64,000 nt of DNA from a virus, in IMG/VR virus record IMGVR_UViG_3300037805_000894; one strand, 5' to 3'. Positions 19,243-29,596 of the stretch are shown here, in pieces. Positions within the stretch are counted from its first letter, which is position 1. Every line of letters begins with the position of its first letter. The position numbers and the translations under genes are program-made. The notes under the pieces are model-generated. The model saw only the letters and a list, made by a program, of their open reading frames with translations, made no database searches and had not been told where the DNA came from.

Positions 19243-22200
19243 ATGGCTAATTCTGAACTTACAACGACCTTTTTGCCTCCGCTAGTTGAGCACGCAGAGC
19301 GCCTATATTATGGCATTGATGGAGAGAAATATAACTTTAACGGCATAGAAGATACAGAGACTTTTGATGAGTATTTAGAAAAATATATACGTCCTTATGC
19401 TGAACATCTAGCATGGGTAGATGGTGTGACGTCCGTTCGCCTACCTATGTCATGGAATGTGTGGGAGTATGATTACACCGAAGGGAACGCCATTGACGGC
19501 GTAACCGTCAATGAAGACAGGCTATATAGAAAAAGATTGGCGGAAATTCTCAGAATCTTAGCCGAAACTAACTTAAAAGTAGTACCTGTTCTGTGGTCCG
19601 GGCATACTAATTTATCAGGTTATTTTTATCCATTAAGCATATTATCTAAGTGCGAATTTGAAGGTATTAGATACGAAGCCGCAGTAGATAGAGAGCTGTT
19701 TGAATGGACAAATGGTTTAGATGTAATAGTAACGGATAGAGATTTTGATAGCCTCTCTTATACATATTGGACAGGTTCTGCCATTACAATCTCAAGTGAT
19801 ACACAAACACACTGGGGTCAAAATAACCCAAGCACAAATAATGTTGCTGTTATAGATAATACAGATGCTACATATGATTATATTGCAGGGGAAGCACCTT
19901 TTATATCTCCTTTATTTTTGAATTCTCTTAAATTACCTTCAGAAGTACCGGCACAATTTTTATTTAACGTACGTGCAGACCAAGACACAGAGCTTGAATG
20001 TATTATTTCGACTATAGGCGAATCTGGATTAAGTTATTACTGGACAGGAAAATATTGGAGCCTTGAAGATGATGGCATTATCCCTTCTGTTTTAATTGCA
20101 GTTAATACCTCTATGAGACAGCAGAGGGGTGTATGGTTTGAAACATCTGGAGATTCACTTACTGGCAACTATACTTTAAAGATAAAGCCAGCAGATGAAA
20201 ATCGTAAGATTGCTTTTAATAAAATAGGTTTATATTTATGTGGGAGTGAGCCAGACATACGTAATTATTTCTGTCCTAGAAATACTAGTGAAGATGATTA
20301 CGCTTTGCCTATTGACATGATCAAGAGCTCTAATGGGTATAGGGGTCAGTTAACAATCAATGAAGAAATCGTTCCCCCTTTTGAATCCTATAGAAATGCA
20401 GTTACCTTACCCAATCCAGGTTCTTATCGTATTAATAATTACGAAGCCTTTTTCTCATCTACCTATGAAGATGTAGCGATAACAGGATTAAATAATTTGG
20501 ATATAAATGGGGCTTCTTATTATATAACTGATATTTTAGAAACCCTAGGGAATGCTATAACAGAGCATAACTTGACTGTAGAAGCTATTGATATATTTGA
20601 ATATCCTTTTGCTATAAACAGGCCGCTATTTTCAGATAGAGAATCTGCCTGTCTAATTAATTTCATACAAAAAACAGCAGATGAGGTAAAAAATCATGCG
20701 TCTTATGTAGGAACACCTTTAATGCTTTCTGGCAAATCACCAGAAGTTTTTAGTGGACGGTTTTGTCAAGTAAAAGATAATGGTCCTACATTAAAACCTT
20801 TCACATGGCTAAAACATAGAAAACATCCTGTAACGCATGCCAGTCAGTATGGAATGGATACTGGTAGTGGTTTAGCAGAATATAACGTATTTTATCCTGA
20901 TAGTAATGAGTCTTCTCCTCTTGTCACTGATTTTGAATTAGGGGATTACCAATCTATCAATTTTAAAAGTTTAGAAAACAGTAATACAGCGTACAATTTA
21001 AAATTTTGGGATGTACCCGATAAAGAAGTTATATCGGTCGCAAGCCCGTCTGGCATTCCGTACGAAACCCAGCATCATCTAAAGCATAATTGGGAAGAAG
21101 GTTTATTAGATGACATTAGTGCTATAGGATTGTATTGTGGTTATGATTCTTCATATAATGTAAGCGAACTGCCTTATCCTATTTCAGCTCTTTCAAGCAT
21201 AGGCTATGCAAACAAATGGACTAATACACCTACCATTATTTCTGCTTTAGAAGTAGGTTGCATAGAAAAAGAGGATTACTTCGCTAGGGACGTATGGTTC
21301 TTTAGAGAGCATTGGAATGCCTACTATACAAATGAAGGAAGTACAGCTACAGAAGGTTTTTACGTAAATCCTGTTTCTTCTTTTACAAACCAAGAATACA
21401 TTCCTATACATATAGGTGATCCTCTTAAAAAAGGCTATATAATATATGATACTAATAGAAAACTTTTTGCGTATAATACCGAAAAAATCGATGATGTCTT
21501 GATAGAGAAGAGTTATGAATACCTAAATTTTATAGAATATAATCTAGTGGCCGGAGGAGCTCGTGTATACCCCTCTCATATCTCATTGCCTTTACAATTC
21601 GAAGCTAACAAAACATTTATTTTTGGAGGCATCCCTTTAGATACGACTGCTTTTGATAATGACCCTTCTACAAGTTTAGTAAAACGCTCTATTGCAAATA
21701 TACAAGGCAATACTCTTGATTTAGTGTGGTCGCCCAAGGATGTAAAAACAAACGCTGAGTACGCTATTGATAATACAGATACAGTAATAACAGTATTTAG
21801 TTTCGACGCCGTTGAGGGTTCTTTAGGTTTACTGACAAAAGATTCTTCCTTTGAAGTAACGTTGAAAGAGGGAGAGATAAGAATACTAAAAAGAGAAAGC
21901 AAGGAAGCTTTACAACAACGTGTTGAAGGAGATTGGGATCACATGTGGGCTATGCTTCCAGATTTTTGGACAACGCACTTTGAAGACTTGCCAGCTATTT
22001 CAGAGATGTGGGGAGGCTTAGCGGATGTTGCTTCAAATATGCTATCTAACCTATATCAATATGATTTAGCAAAAAGTATCCAGTTGGCTCCGCCAGAGAT
22101 CATCGCAAGTAATGAGACTCTTCCAATTACAGATGCCTCTTATCTATCTACCTCATCTTATGATTTCTTTAATGGCGTAGACACTTCGGCTCAATTTATG

Positions 22201-25200
22201 ATAGCAGATTCTGTAAAGTCTATCCCTTTATTGCAGAAAAAGGTAAACGAAGAGGGCGATATATTTAAAGAGAACGAAGACTATGAAATAAAAGATGGTA
22301 AGTTATACTTTAAAGATAATGTTATCTCTACGTCTAGCACATCAGTTCTATTCGCTCCATGGATTTCATATGACGAGTCCATTATCTATCAAAATTTCGG
22401 TGTTTTCTTAGATTTCAAGAAGCCAGAGTCTATGCAGTATAAAGAAGCTGTCATGGCAGGCTTATATGGTCTATGGAATGGACATACCTTAAATGTCTTT
22501 AAGTTAATATGTGATGCTATTGCAGGGTTCCCTTTAATTCCTTACAGAGGACGAGTTAAATTTATTAATAATACTAATACATTATTGTCTTTAATTATAG
22601 AAGATCAATTTGGTAATGAACGTACTATTGAAATACCGGCAGTTTTCGCTCCTTCCACAGAGAGACCTATTATTGTTAGAACAGGTTTAACCTCTCAAGT
22701 TACAGTAACTAACGCTAAAGAATTAATGAATCTAAACTTATTTTCATTAGCACCTGCCTCTAACGCCTTTGACGTTTATGATCGCAAAACAAAACCAGAA
22801 AAGATTGAATCACTAGCCAAGGTTTTAAGGAAACAACGCATAGGTCTTTATAATACTACGATCGGCGAGTTAGATGCTAATAGCATAGATAAAGTAGGTG
22901 AGCTATATGAAAAACTCGGTTGGGGCTCTAGGAATGAAATGTACGATGATCTTTTTCATATTATAGAACAAGTCAGAGGGCAGTATCATCTTTTCCAATT
23001 TCTTATAGCGCAACGACCTATCGAAGAAGCTCTTATAAAAGAGAAAAAACCAGATATGGCTGTTACGTTACATGTGGAGCCTACCTTTGATCACAATATG
23101 TATAATTACATGCATTCAGGAAGCGACTGGGTTTTAAAAGAAAGACAAGAGAGTGCGCTGCATGTAGCTCCTAATTTAGAGATAACAAAAGAAGGCGCAG
23201 AAAGAAATAAATTCAATCCTAATGAAGCACGTACACAAGGACAGACATATAAGAAAATTAATACAGATGAGCTGATAGAAGACAAGGATACAGTCTATGC
23301 ATCTTTAGGTGGAAAAGGTTTAGAAGATGGTTCTAAATCTGGGTGGACTTTAGGTTTTGATAGGATTAAGGCAGCGGCTGGGCGAGTTTTTAAATTCTTC
23401 CCCTCTTTTAATAAAGCGTCACAAGATATACACGCTTCTGGCTGGGGGAATTTCATATATGATATACCTGAACAACGGAACATAGGTATTGAGCCTATGA
23501 CAACGTGGGAATCAGATCGATCAGGGCTTAGTCTTTTTAATCATTATGGTACCTCTGGAAATGGAGAATGGTACGCCTCTTTACATAGAAAAACCTCCGA
23601 TTTTATCACTGGGTTTGAGCAACACTTTGAGTACCCACAAAAAGATGACGATGTAATGCCTCTCCAAATACGAACAAAATTAGGCAGTGATGCAGAAGGA
23701 ACCACGGTCTCTATATCAGAGGGGCTAACAGTTTTAACACGTGTGCGACCTAGACACAAAGGTATTCTTTTTGAATTATCAGGTGAAATAGGGTATGAAA
23801 CTGAGCCGACCATTTATACAGGCGCTTGCTGTATACCGATAGGAGGTGCCGTCTGCGCTCCTTGTAGTCCTCCCATAGGCGGAGACCATATTGGAATCAC
23901 TGGGTGCGACGAAAATGGTTATACCTGTGTAGACACTCCTCCCTTCATATACTTCAACGGACCTAAAAATTGGTGTGCAGCTCAAAACGGCTCCTTTTTA
24001 GGGAACGGAAGCATTGCAGCTAATAATACATCATGTGACGTTACAACGGCAAAATGTTGTGGGGATGATAGAGTTAACTTTAATCATTCTGGCAAACATT
24101 GTAATCAACCCTATGGCCATTGCTCCGATCCACATCCTTGTAATGAGTGGTACCAGGAGTATTGTGAGTGCAGGACAGGCGTTTTCATTGCTAACGAAGA
24201 TTGTTTCCCTGCGCATAACTGTGTTAGTCCTGTAGCTCCAGGTCCTTGCTGTGGCGAGGTAGAAGAAGAAGAAGAAGAACAGCCGCCTAAGGTAGGCAAT
24301 ACGCCAGATCATATAAACGAAGGGGGCGGTGTGGACGCAAACGAAACAATAAGTGTCTACTGGACAGATGAGCAAGGTACTGAAATAAGTAGTGGAGCTT
24401 TTACGGTAGGAAAAACCTATACGCTTGCCATACAATATGAGTTAATCGATGAAGGTGTTGCCCTTCCCGAGCAAGGTATTTCAGGCTTTATCGCCCTAGA
24501 CAGCCTGTTTAATCTAAACCTCCCTGATACGGAGGCGGGTCAACCGGGTGTCTCTTTTACATTTAATAACGTGGGAGATCTTTCAGCTACTCCTTTAACT
24601 TTTACCCCACAAACAGGTCTATCGTCTTACGTGAACACAATTACTCTAGTTGATAGTGATGGCGTCAAGATAAATTCGGAGGTGCTTACATATAATGAAA
24701 TCCCCATTAATTTGAATATAACATTAAATTCAGCTGATATCACACCTTCAGTAGATAACATCTCCCTGGGTTCTTTAATTGAAGGGGGTGATATTGAGAG
24801 TACTGTTTTCACTGTTGATAACACAGGGACGGCTCAAGGATCTTTTACAATAGATGATAGCGCCTTAAGTGCTTTTACTCTAGTAGCTTATGGGGGAGAA
24901 ACAACCTTGGATGAGTCAGGTGGATTGAATTCCTCGGCTACCTACACGATAGAATTTGATCCTTTCACTAAAGAAGGTCCTTATTCTGAAGTATTAACTA
25001 TAAATGCTGAAGGAGACACCCCTGTGTCTCATATATATTTATCCGCTAATGTCTCTGCATCCAATTATGTACTTATTATCAATGGAGGGAATGATTTAAT
25101 TGTAGATGTAGAAGAGAATACGACAACGGATTTCCCTTTTAATATACAAAACTCAAATACTTCGGATGGCGTTGTTTCTTTTACTTTTGATATAAGAAAC

Positions 25201-28200
25201 TTCGAGAACCCTTTTGGGCACTATGGCGAATCAGAACTAATGCTTTATCAAGGCGCGACGCCTTGGGATCATACAGTGTCCCAGGCTTTAGCAATAGGTG
25301 AGACACTATCTCTAACTCTAAAAGCAGTCTTTGGGGAAATCACAGCTAATAGTACTTTTAGCTTGCGCTTAGCCGCCACAACCACAAATGGAGACTTAGG
25401 AGATCTAGGCACGCAGCTTATTCAAACAAGTGTACAAGATATTACACCTCAACTAAGTCTTAGAACAAATTCCAGTGCATATTATGCAGATTTAAACGAG
25501 ACTAGAGAAATATGGGAATCATTCGAGATTACAAACGAAGGTTTATTTGACGCTACGGTTACTTTAGAAGCTGAACCTCCTGGCAGGCCTGCATGGGCAG
25601 CAGATTGGCATGATGTTAATCAGGTTATATTAACAGATACTTATACATTGCTTCCGGGGGAAACTATCTACTGTGTAGGTAAATTTACACCTGCAGATGA
25701 CCCCAATCTATCTACTATTGGAGATCAGCAAATCTACAATGTCTCTATTCTCTCTGATACAAATCTAGCTGATTTTACTGTAGCATGGGGCGGAGAAGTT
25801 ACAACTGATCCTAGAGCTATACTTAATATAAGTCCTTCAGCGATAGACAGATATACCTTTATAGGTTTAGGGAATGAATATTTTAGGCAAAACATAGTAG
25901 GCGATAACACATTTAGCTACGCTACTGATGATATAACATTTGATAATGATAGTATAGGTGACGCGGGCAACATAGATGTGTATGGTGATATATCAATTGT
26001 AGATACACAAAACGAATTAACATTAAATGGTAGTGCTGCTATATCTTTAGCAGATGAAAATATATCTGATACACGTACATTTACTTTTGTGCCTATTAAC
26101 AATTACAGCGTGGATACCTTACCCACTAGCTTGTTTGAGATAATAAATGTAGGAACAGGCCACCTAACAGCCGATGGTCCTTTTATATCCCCGGACAACG
26201 TACCTTTTTTAATTAATCCTGTTTGGGGTCCGGTATTAAGTATCCACAGTCCGGATTTAAATACTTTCACTGTTGCGGAAACTGATCCTCCTACAAAGAG
26301 CGCAGCTCATAAAAAAGATACAGCAAAACGTGTTATTCAGGATACATTTAATCTAGGCACTATTGCCTCTAATGCAGGTACTGTTGATAAAACGTTTTCT
26401 ATTATAAATACAGGCGGAGGGGCTTTGTCGGGTACTGTTACCCTGGATAGTAGCGCACAAAACCTTACAATTCTTAGTGGAGGGGCTTTTACTGACTTAG
26501 AAAACGGCGCTTCTGCGCATGACGTAACAATTCGATTGACTGTTCCAGCAGAAAATACGACTCTGCTGGAGGGGGTTAATATTACCTGCACTACGGGAGA
26601 AGAGGGTTATAAGCGAGGTGTTGTTACCATACAAGCTACTATTGAGCCCTTGGTCGAGAGTCTTATTTGGGAGAAGTACCCTTCTTTTGGAGGTACTAGA
26701 GAGGAACCTGAGTCAGTTATCACTACCACTAATACATTAAGAAACATAGGCAATGTAGATATTGCATATAACATAACAATAGGCCAAAATAGCCTAGATT
26801 TTGGTGTAGCTGCTTCTTCCCCCATTTCAGGTACGCTAATACCTGACGCCACACAAGTTATAGACTTTGAAGGGCTCGCCCCCGCCAATGACACAGAAGC
26901 TTCGGTGAACTATACGGCAGAGGTAGATCATGGCTTTAACGCTGAGGGTAAACATATTACTACTTTCACTACCCTTGTCAAGCCAGCTGGTTATTCTTTT
27001 ACTATAACTAACGTACCTTCAATAGGGAACGCAGGGGCGGCTAGATTAGGCTATACTTTTCCAAATATACAGACAGGAACCTTAATCAATACAGGACAAA
27101 AAACCATATGGGCACACTTAGACTCATATGACCCTGAATCTCACAATGTAGCTGTCTCACCTTCGGCGGCTGATTACCTACCAAATGGGCATGTAGAAGT
27201 GGTAGTTGGGGCTTCTCTTGTATTTACGACTGATTATATCCCTAAACATATACCTATTGGTGACGCACGAAGCCGTGTTCATGCGTCTTTATACACTCAA
27301 GATAATAGTAACTTACTAAATTCCGCACAGCACACATATGTAGCAGGGGGGCGTATTATTACAGATTTCCCTAAGCTAGTTTTAAAGAACGAAGGCTCTT
27401 ACTATGCGGAAAACACACCAGACCCTGATGCCTTTAATATTTTTAATGTAGAGCCTGGTTGGACGTATAGCCAAGATCCTATAGACCCTAATTATAGAAT
27501 TATTCTATTAAAAAATAATCCCATAGAATGGGCTATAGCAAACACTATCAAGTTTACAGCAATAGATATACATAATAACGTAAATAATGAGGCTGTTTGG
27601 TTTTTATCCAGTACTGAGATATCAGACACTTATTACACTAAAACAGCTTTACATACTGAACCATGGTACAGCGGAGAGCCTAGTTATGACTTACCTGTAT
27701 CTTATTCAATGATAAGGCCAAAGATAGATGCTACAGCTACTGGTATCCAGTGGTTTTATCTAGAAGACACCAATGCTGCTTTACTTAATACGGATTTAAG
27801 GCATATTAATTTTCATAGGCCCGGTATTTATAGACTGCGCACCGGCAACAATACGGGTCCGGGGGATATGGCAAAAGAAGCTTTCCGCTTACATGATATT
27901 TTTGATGCACTGGTCCATAATTTTGATATAAATAATCCTTCGACTCATCTACACCATTACACTGGTACAGTGGTTATTAAAAGACGCGAGATTGGGGGTC
28001 CTTCCGAATACCGCATTACAGGGCGCTTAGTAGATGCAGCTGGCACGGTTAAAGACCCTGTATGTGATGGCGGAACATATTATATACCGATTAAAATGAA
28101 AAATACTGGGGCAGCTTACCCACTAAGAATAGTAGACAATAGATATAATGTAGAAGTATATGGAAGCACTGCTGCTACTTCATTCTATCCCTGCATTATT

Positions 28201-28650
28201 ACAGAACTGCCTAATACACCCACCGAGAGGTTTACTGTTACAGCTATAAACACTGCTACGCCGATAGCTGTAGACGGTACATATATAGTTCCTGCAGGTA
28301 CTAGTTTAGATATGGTTATGGAGATAACCGCACCATTAAATGATGCCACAAACTTTAGACAGGGTTGGTATCCAACAGTTATTATTTTCTCAAACGAGGC
28401 CGACCCTGTAACTATAGATCTTTATTTTCACAATGAGCCCGCTGCACCAGAGCCACCTGCATGGGCACAAGACGGCGACGATAACTACTGCAATTGCTGT
28501 ATAGGTAAGGGGACTCCTTATGTATACTGTGACGATACCATCACCGAGGCGGATTGCTATGCTGTAGGAGGATCTCCTTATTCTTTCGAATGTGAAGCAA
28601 ACGGATCTATGGGGTCACTGCCCTACGAAGAAGAGGAGGGGTACAAATAA
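19243..28650 (+). CDS. giant virion protein (GH5-like barrel, wedge-like region, Cys-rich GACC motifs, Ig-like choice-of-anchor-D/ASH-type repeats)
   Basis: 3135 aa; VRLPMSW, KVVPVLW; WAMLPDFW..SEMWGG; TGACC; repeated F(T/S)(V/I)xNxG motifs. Confidence 0.7.
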   Translation: MANSELTTTFLPPLVEHAERLYYGIDGEKYNFNGIEDTETFDEYLEKYIRPYAEHLAWVDGVTSVRLPMSWNVWEYDYTEGNAIDGVTVNEDRLYRKRLAEILRILAETNLKVVPVLWSGHTNLSGYFYPLSILSKCEFEGIRYEAAVDRELFEWTNGLDVIVTDRDFDSLSYTYWTGSAITISSDTQTHWGQNNPSTNNVAVIDNTDATYDYIAGEAPFISPLFLNSLKLPSEVPAQFLFNVRADQDTELECIISTIGESGLSYYWTGKYWSLEDDGIIPSVLIAVNTSMRQQRGVWFETSGDSLTGNYTLKIKPADENRKIAFNKIGLYLCGSEPDIRNYFCPRNTSEDDYALPIDMIKSSNGYRGQLTINEEIVPPFESYRNAVTLPNPGSYRINNYEAFFSSTYEDVAITGLNNLDINGASYYITDILETLGNAITEHNLTVEAIDIFEYPFAINRPLFSDRESACLINFIQKTADEVKNHASYVGTPLMLSGKSPEVFSGRFCQVKDNGPTLKPFTWLKHRKHPVTHASQYGMDTGSGLAEYNVFYPDSNESSPLVTDFELGDYQSINFKSLENSNTAYNLKFWDVPDKEVISVASPSGIPYETQHHLKHNWEEGLLDDISAIGLYCGYDSSYNVSELPYPISALSSIGYANKWTNTPTIISALEVGCIEKEDYFARDVWFFREHWNAYYTNEGSTATEGFYVNPVSSFTNQEYIPIHIGDPLKKGYIIYDTNRKLFAYNTEKIDDVLIEKSYEYLNFIEYNLVAGGARVYPSHISLPLQFEANKTFIFGGIPLDTTAFDNDPSTSLVKRSIANIQGNTLDLVWSPKDVKTNAEYAIDNTDTVITVFSFDAVEGSLGLLTKDSSFEVTLKEGEIRILKRESKEALQQRVEGDWDHMWAMLPDFWTTHFEDLPAISEMWGGLADVASNMLSNLYQYDLAKSIQLAPPEIIASNETLPITDASYLSTSSYDFFNGVDTSAQFMIADSVKSIPLLQKKVNEEGDIFKENEDYEIKDGKLYFKDNVISTSSTSVLFAPWISYDESIIYQNFGVFLDFKKPESMQYKEAVMAGLYGLWNGHTLNVFKLICDAIAGFPLIPYRGRVKFINNTNTLLSLIIEDQFGNERTIEIPAVFAPSTERPIIVRTGLTSQVTVTNAKELMNLNLFSLAPASNAFDVYDRKTKPEKIESLAKVLRKQRIGLYNTTIGELDANSIDKVGELYEKLGWGSRNEMYDDLFHIIEQVRGQYHLFQFLIAQRPIEEALIKEKKPDMAVTLHVEPTFDHNMYNYMHSGSDWVLKERQESALHVAPNLEITKEGAERNKFNPNEARTQGQTYKKINTDELIEDKDTVYASLGGKGLEDGSKSGWTLGFDRIKAAAGRVFKFFPSFNKASQDIHASGWGNFIYDIPEQRNIGIEPMTTWESDRSGLSLFNHYGTSGNGEWYASLHRKTSDFITGFEQHFEYPQKDDDVMPLQIRTKLGSDAEGTTVSISEGLTVLTRVRPRHKGILFELSGEIGYETEPTIYTGACCIPIGGAVCAPCSPPIGGDHIGITGCDENGYTCVDTPPFIYFNGPKNWCAAQNGSFLGNGSIAANNTSCDVTTAKCCGDDRVNFNHSGKHCNQPYGHCSDPHPCNEWYQEYCECRTGVFIANEDCFPAHNCVSPVAPGPCCGEVEEEEEEQPPKVGNTPDHINEGGGVDANETISVYWTDEQGTEISSGAFTVGKTYTLAIQYELIDEGVALPEQGISGFIALDSLFNLNLPDTEAGQPGVSFTFNNVGDLSATPLTFTPQTGLSSYVNTITLVDSDGVKINSEVLTYNEIPINLNITLNSADITPSVDNISLGSLIEGGDIESTVFTVDNTGTAQGSFTIDDSALSAFTLVAYGGETTLDESGGLNSSATYTIEFDPFTKEGPYSEVLTINAEGDTPVSHIYLSANVSASNYVLIINGGNDLIVDVEENTTTDFPFNIQNSNTSDGVVSFTFDIRNFENPFGHYGESELMLYQGATPWDHTVSQALAIGETLSLTLKAVFGEITANSTFSLRLAATTTNGDLGDLGTQLIQTSVQDITPQLSLRTNSSAYYADLNETREIWESFEITNEGLFDATVTLEAEPPGRPAWAADWHDVNQVILTDTYTLLPGETIYCVGKFTPADDPNLSTIGDQQIYNVSILSDTNLADFTVAWGGEVTTDPRAILNISPSAIDRYTFIGLGNEYFRQNIVGDNTFSYATDDITFDNDSIGDAGNIDVYGDISIVDTQNELTLNGSAAISLADENISDTRTFTFVPINNYSVDTLPTSLFEIINVGTGHLTADGPFISPDNVPFLINPVWGPVLSIHSPDLNTFTVAETDPPTKSAAHKKDTAKRVIQDTFNLGTIASNAGTVDKTFSIINTGGGALSGTVTLDSSAQNLTILSGGAFTDLENGASAHDVTIRLTVPAENTTLLEGVNITCTTGEEGYKRGVVTIQATIEPLVESLIWEKYPSFGGTREEPESVITTTNTLRNIGNVDIAYNITIGQNSLDFGVAASSPISGTLIPDATQVIDFEGLAPANDTEASVNYTAEVDHGFNAEGKHITTFTTLVKPAGYSFTITNVPSIGNAGAARLGYTFPNIQTGTLINTGQKTIWAHLDSYDPESHNVAVSPSAADYLPNGHVEVVVGASLVFTTDYIPKHIPIGDARSRVHASLYTQDNSNLLNSAQHTYVAGGRIITDFPKLVLKNEGSYYAENTPDPDAFNIFNVEPGWTYSQDPIDPNYRIILLKNNPIEWAIANTIKFTAIDIHNNVNNEAVWFLSSTEISDTYYTKTALHTEPWYSGEPSYDLPVSYSMIRPKIDATATGIQWFYLEDTNAALLNTDLRHINFHRPGIYRLRTGNNTGPGDMAKEAFRLHDIFDALVHNFDINNPSTHLHHYTGTVVIKRREIGGPSEYRITGRLVDAAGTVKDPVCDGGTYYIPIKMKNTGAAYPLRIVDNRYNVEVYGSTAATSFYPCIITELPNTPTERFTVTAINTATPIAVDGTYIVPAGTSLDMVMEITAPLNDATNFRQGWYPTVIIFSNEADPVTIDLYFHNEPAAPEPPAWAQDGDDNYCNCCIGKGTPYVYCDDTITEADCYAVGGSPYSFECEANGSMGSLPYEEEEGYK

Positions 28651-28659
28651 CCCGCATCC

Positions 28660-28857
28660 TTATTTAATATCTTCGTAAGCTTTCAATGCTACGATCTCAG
28701 TGCCGTTATCTCTAACACGGTCTTCGAGTATTTGTAGCGTCACGCGTTGGTTTTCGACCTGAGATGCAATTTTTTCAAGCCGTTTATTCATTACTAGTAG
28801 CTCTGAATCAAACTTGCGTGTGGGGTTAAATAAGTTTTTTATTTTTTCTAGTATCAT
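28660..28857 (-). CDS. small coiled-coil hypothetical protein
   Basis: 65-aa ORF. Confidence 0.5.
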   Translation of the reverse strand: MILEKIKNLFNPTRKFDSELLVMNKRLEKIASQVENQRVTLQILEDRVRDNGTEIVALKAYEDIK

Positions 28858-28863
28858 TTTTAC

Positions 28864-28885
28864 AAAAAGGGGGAGTTCAACCCCC
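28864..28885 (-). terminator. intrinsic terminator after the lysozyme gene
   Basis: Minus strand GGGGG-TTGAACT-CCCCC-TTTTT. Confidence 0.65.
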
Positions 28886-28895
28886 AGGTGAAGAC

Positions 28896-29405
28896 TCAGT
28901 ATAACTGAGCCTTCACCTTCTTCCAGTACTTTTTAGTACTGGTTTTCAACGGCCCCCTTGGGCCGCCATTGTGCGTCCGGGCGATTGTCGCCCAATCACC
29001 CTCCTCCCAGGCCTGGGGACAGTATCGCCCCATGTACGCGGAGATTATCTTCTCCGCATACATCTTGTCCCGGCAGTCTTGGTAGACTCCCGAGCCAACT
29101 TTGGCCACCGCATCTTGCCAATAAGCAAGATGGATCTGGTAAGGTCCTATGGCCTTACCGTCATCCCCATCGGGGGGTGTTAGCGATCCACTCGCCTCCA
29201 CCTCCCATAAGGCCTCCAAGAAGGCCTCATGTGTTACCTGTGTCACCTGTGGTGCCTGGGTGGGCCACGCCACCTGTGTTGCCTGTGTTGGCCCCACTAG
29301 CATGGACACAAGAAAACCTGTGGCTATGCCCAGTGCGTATAAGATGAGGCCAAACCTCAGCTTCTGCCGCTTCAGTGAGCGGAATTTTGGGAAGAATACT
29401 TCCAT
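28896..29405 (-). CDS. invertebrate-type (destabilase-like) lysozyme with N-terminal membrane anchor
   Basis: ALWEVEASG, GKAIGPYQIHLAYWQDA, YMGRY, IARTHNGGPRG, YWKKVK; SD AAGGAGG. Confidence 0.8.
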   Translation of the reverse strand: MEVFFPKFRSLKRQKLRFGLILYALGIATGFLVSMLVGPTQATQVAWPTQAPQVTQVTHEAFLEALWEVEASGSLTPPDGDDGKAIGPYQIHLAYWQDAVAKVGSGVYQDCRDKMYAEKIISAYMGRYCPQAWEEGDWATIARTHNGGPRGPLKTSTKKYWKKVKAQLY

Positions 29406-29455
29406 TTTTTACCTCCTTGGTAAACGTTTACACCAGCGAATTGCTGGATATTTAT

Positions 29456-29484
29456 TTATACCAAAAAAAGAGATCTAAATTTAG
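29456..29484 (-). promoter_or_regulatory. repeated phage promoter, copy 1
   Basis: CTAAA-N17-GGTATAA. Confidence 0.75.
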
Positions 29485-29513
29485 CAAAAAAGCCGAGTCC
29501 AATTAAGGACCCA

Positions 29514-29578
29514 ATTTATAAAAGTAAAAAGATTAATATATTTATAAAAGTAAAAAGATTAATATATTTATAAAAGTA
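29514..29578. repeat. 26-bp tandem repeat, 2.5 copies
   Basis: Unit ATTTATAAAAGTAAAAAGATTAATAT. Confidence 0.9.
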
Positions 29579-29596
29579 GTTTCTTGTTTTAGTCAT
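29516..29596 (-). CDS. 26-aa hydrophobic mini-protein MTKTRNYFYKYINLFTFINILIFLLL
   Basis: SD AAGGAG and TAATG coupling to the upstream mini-gene. Confidence 0.45.
   Translation of the reverse strand: MTKTRNYFYKYINLFTFINILIFLLL

Noticed and set aside
28958-29478. Plus-strand ORFs over the lysozyme gene
   Set aside because: Shadow ORFs caused by locally high GC
29514-29578. Mini-CRISPR or origin iterons
   Set aside because: Contiguous tandem copies without spacers, only 2.5 units, and inside an SD-led mini-ORF
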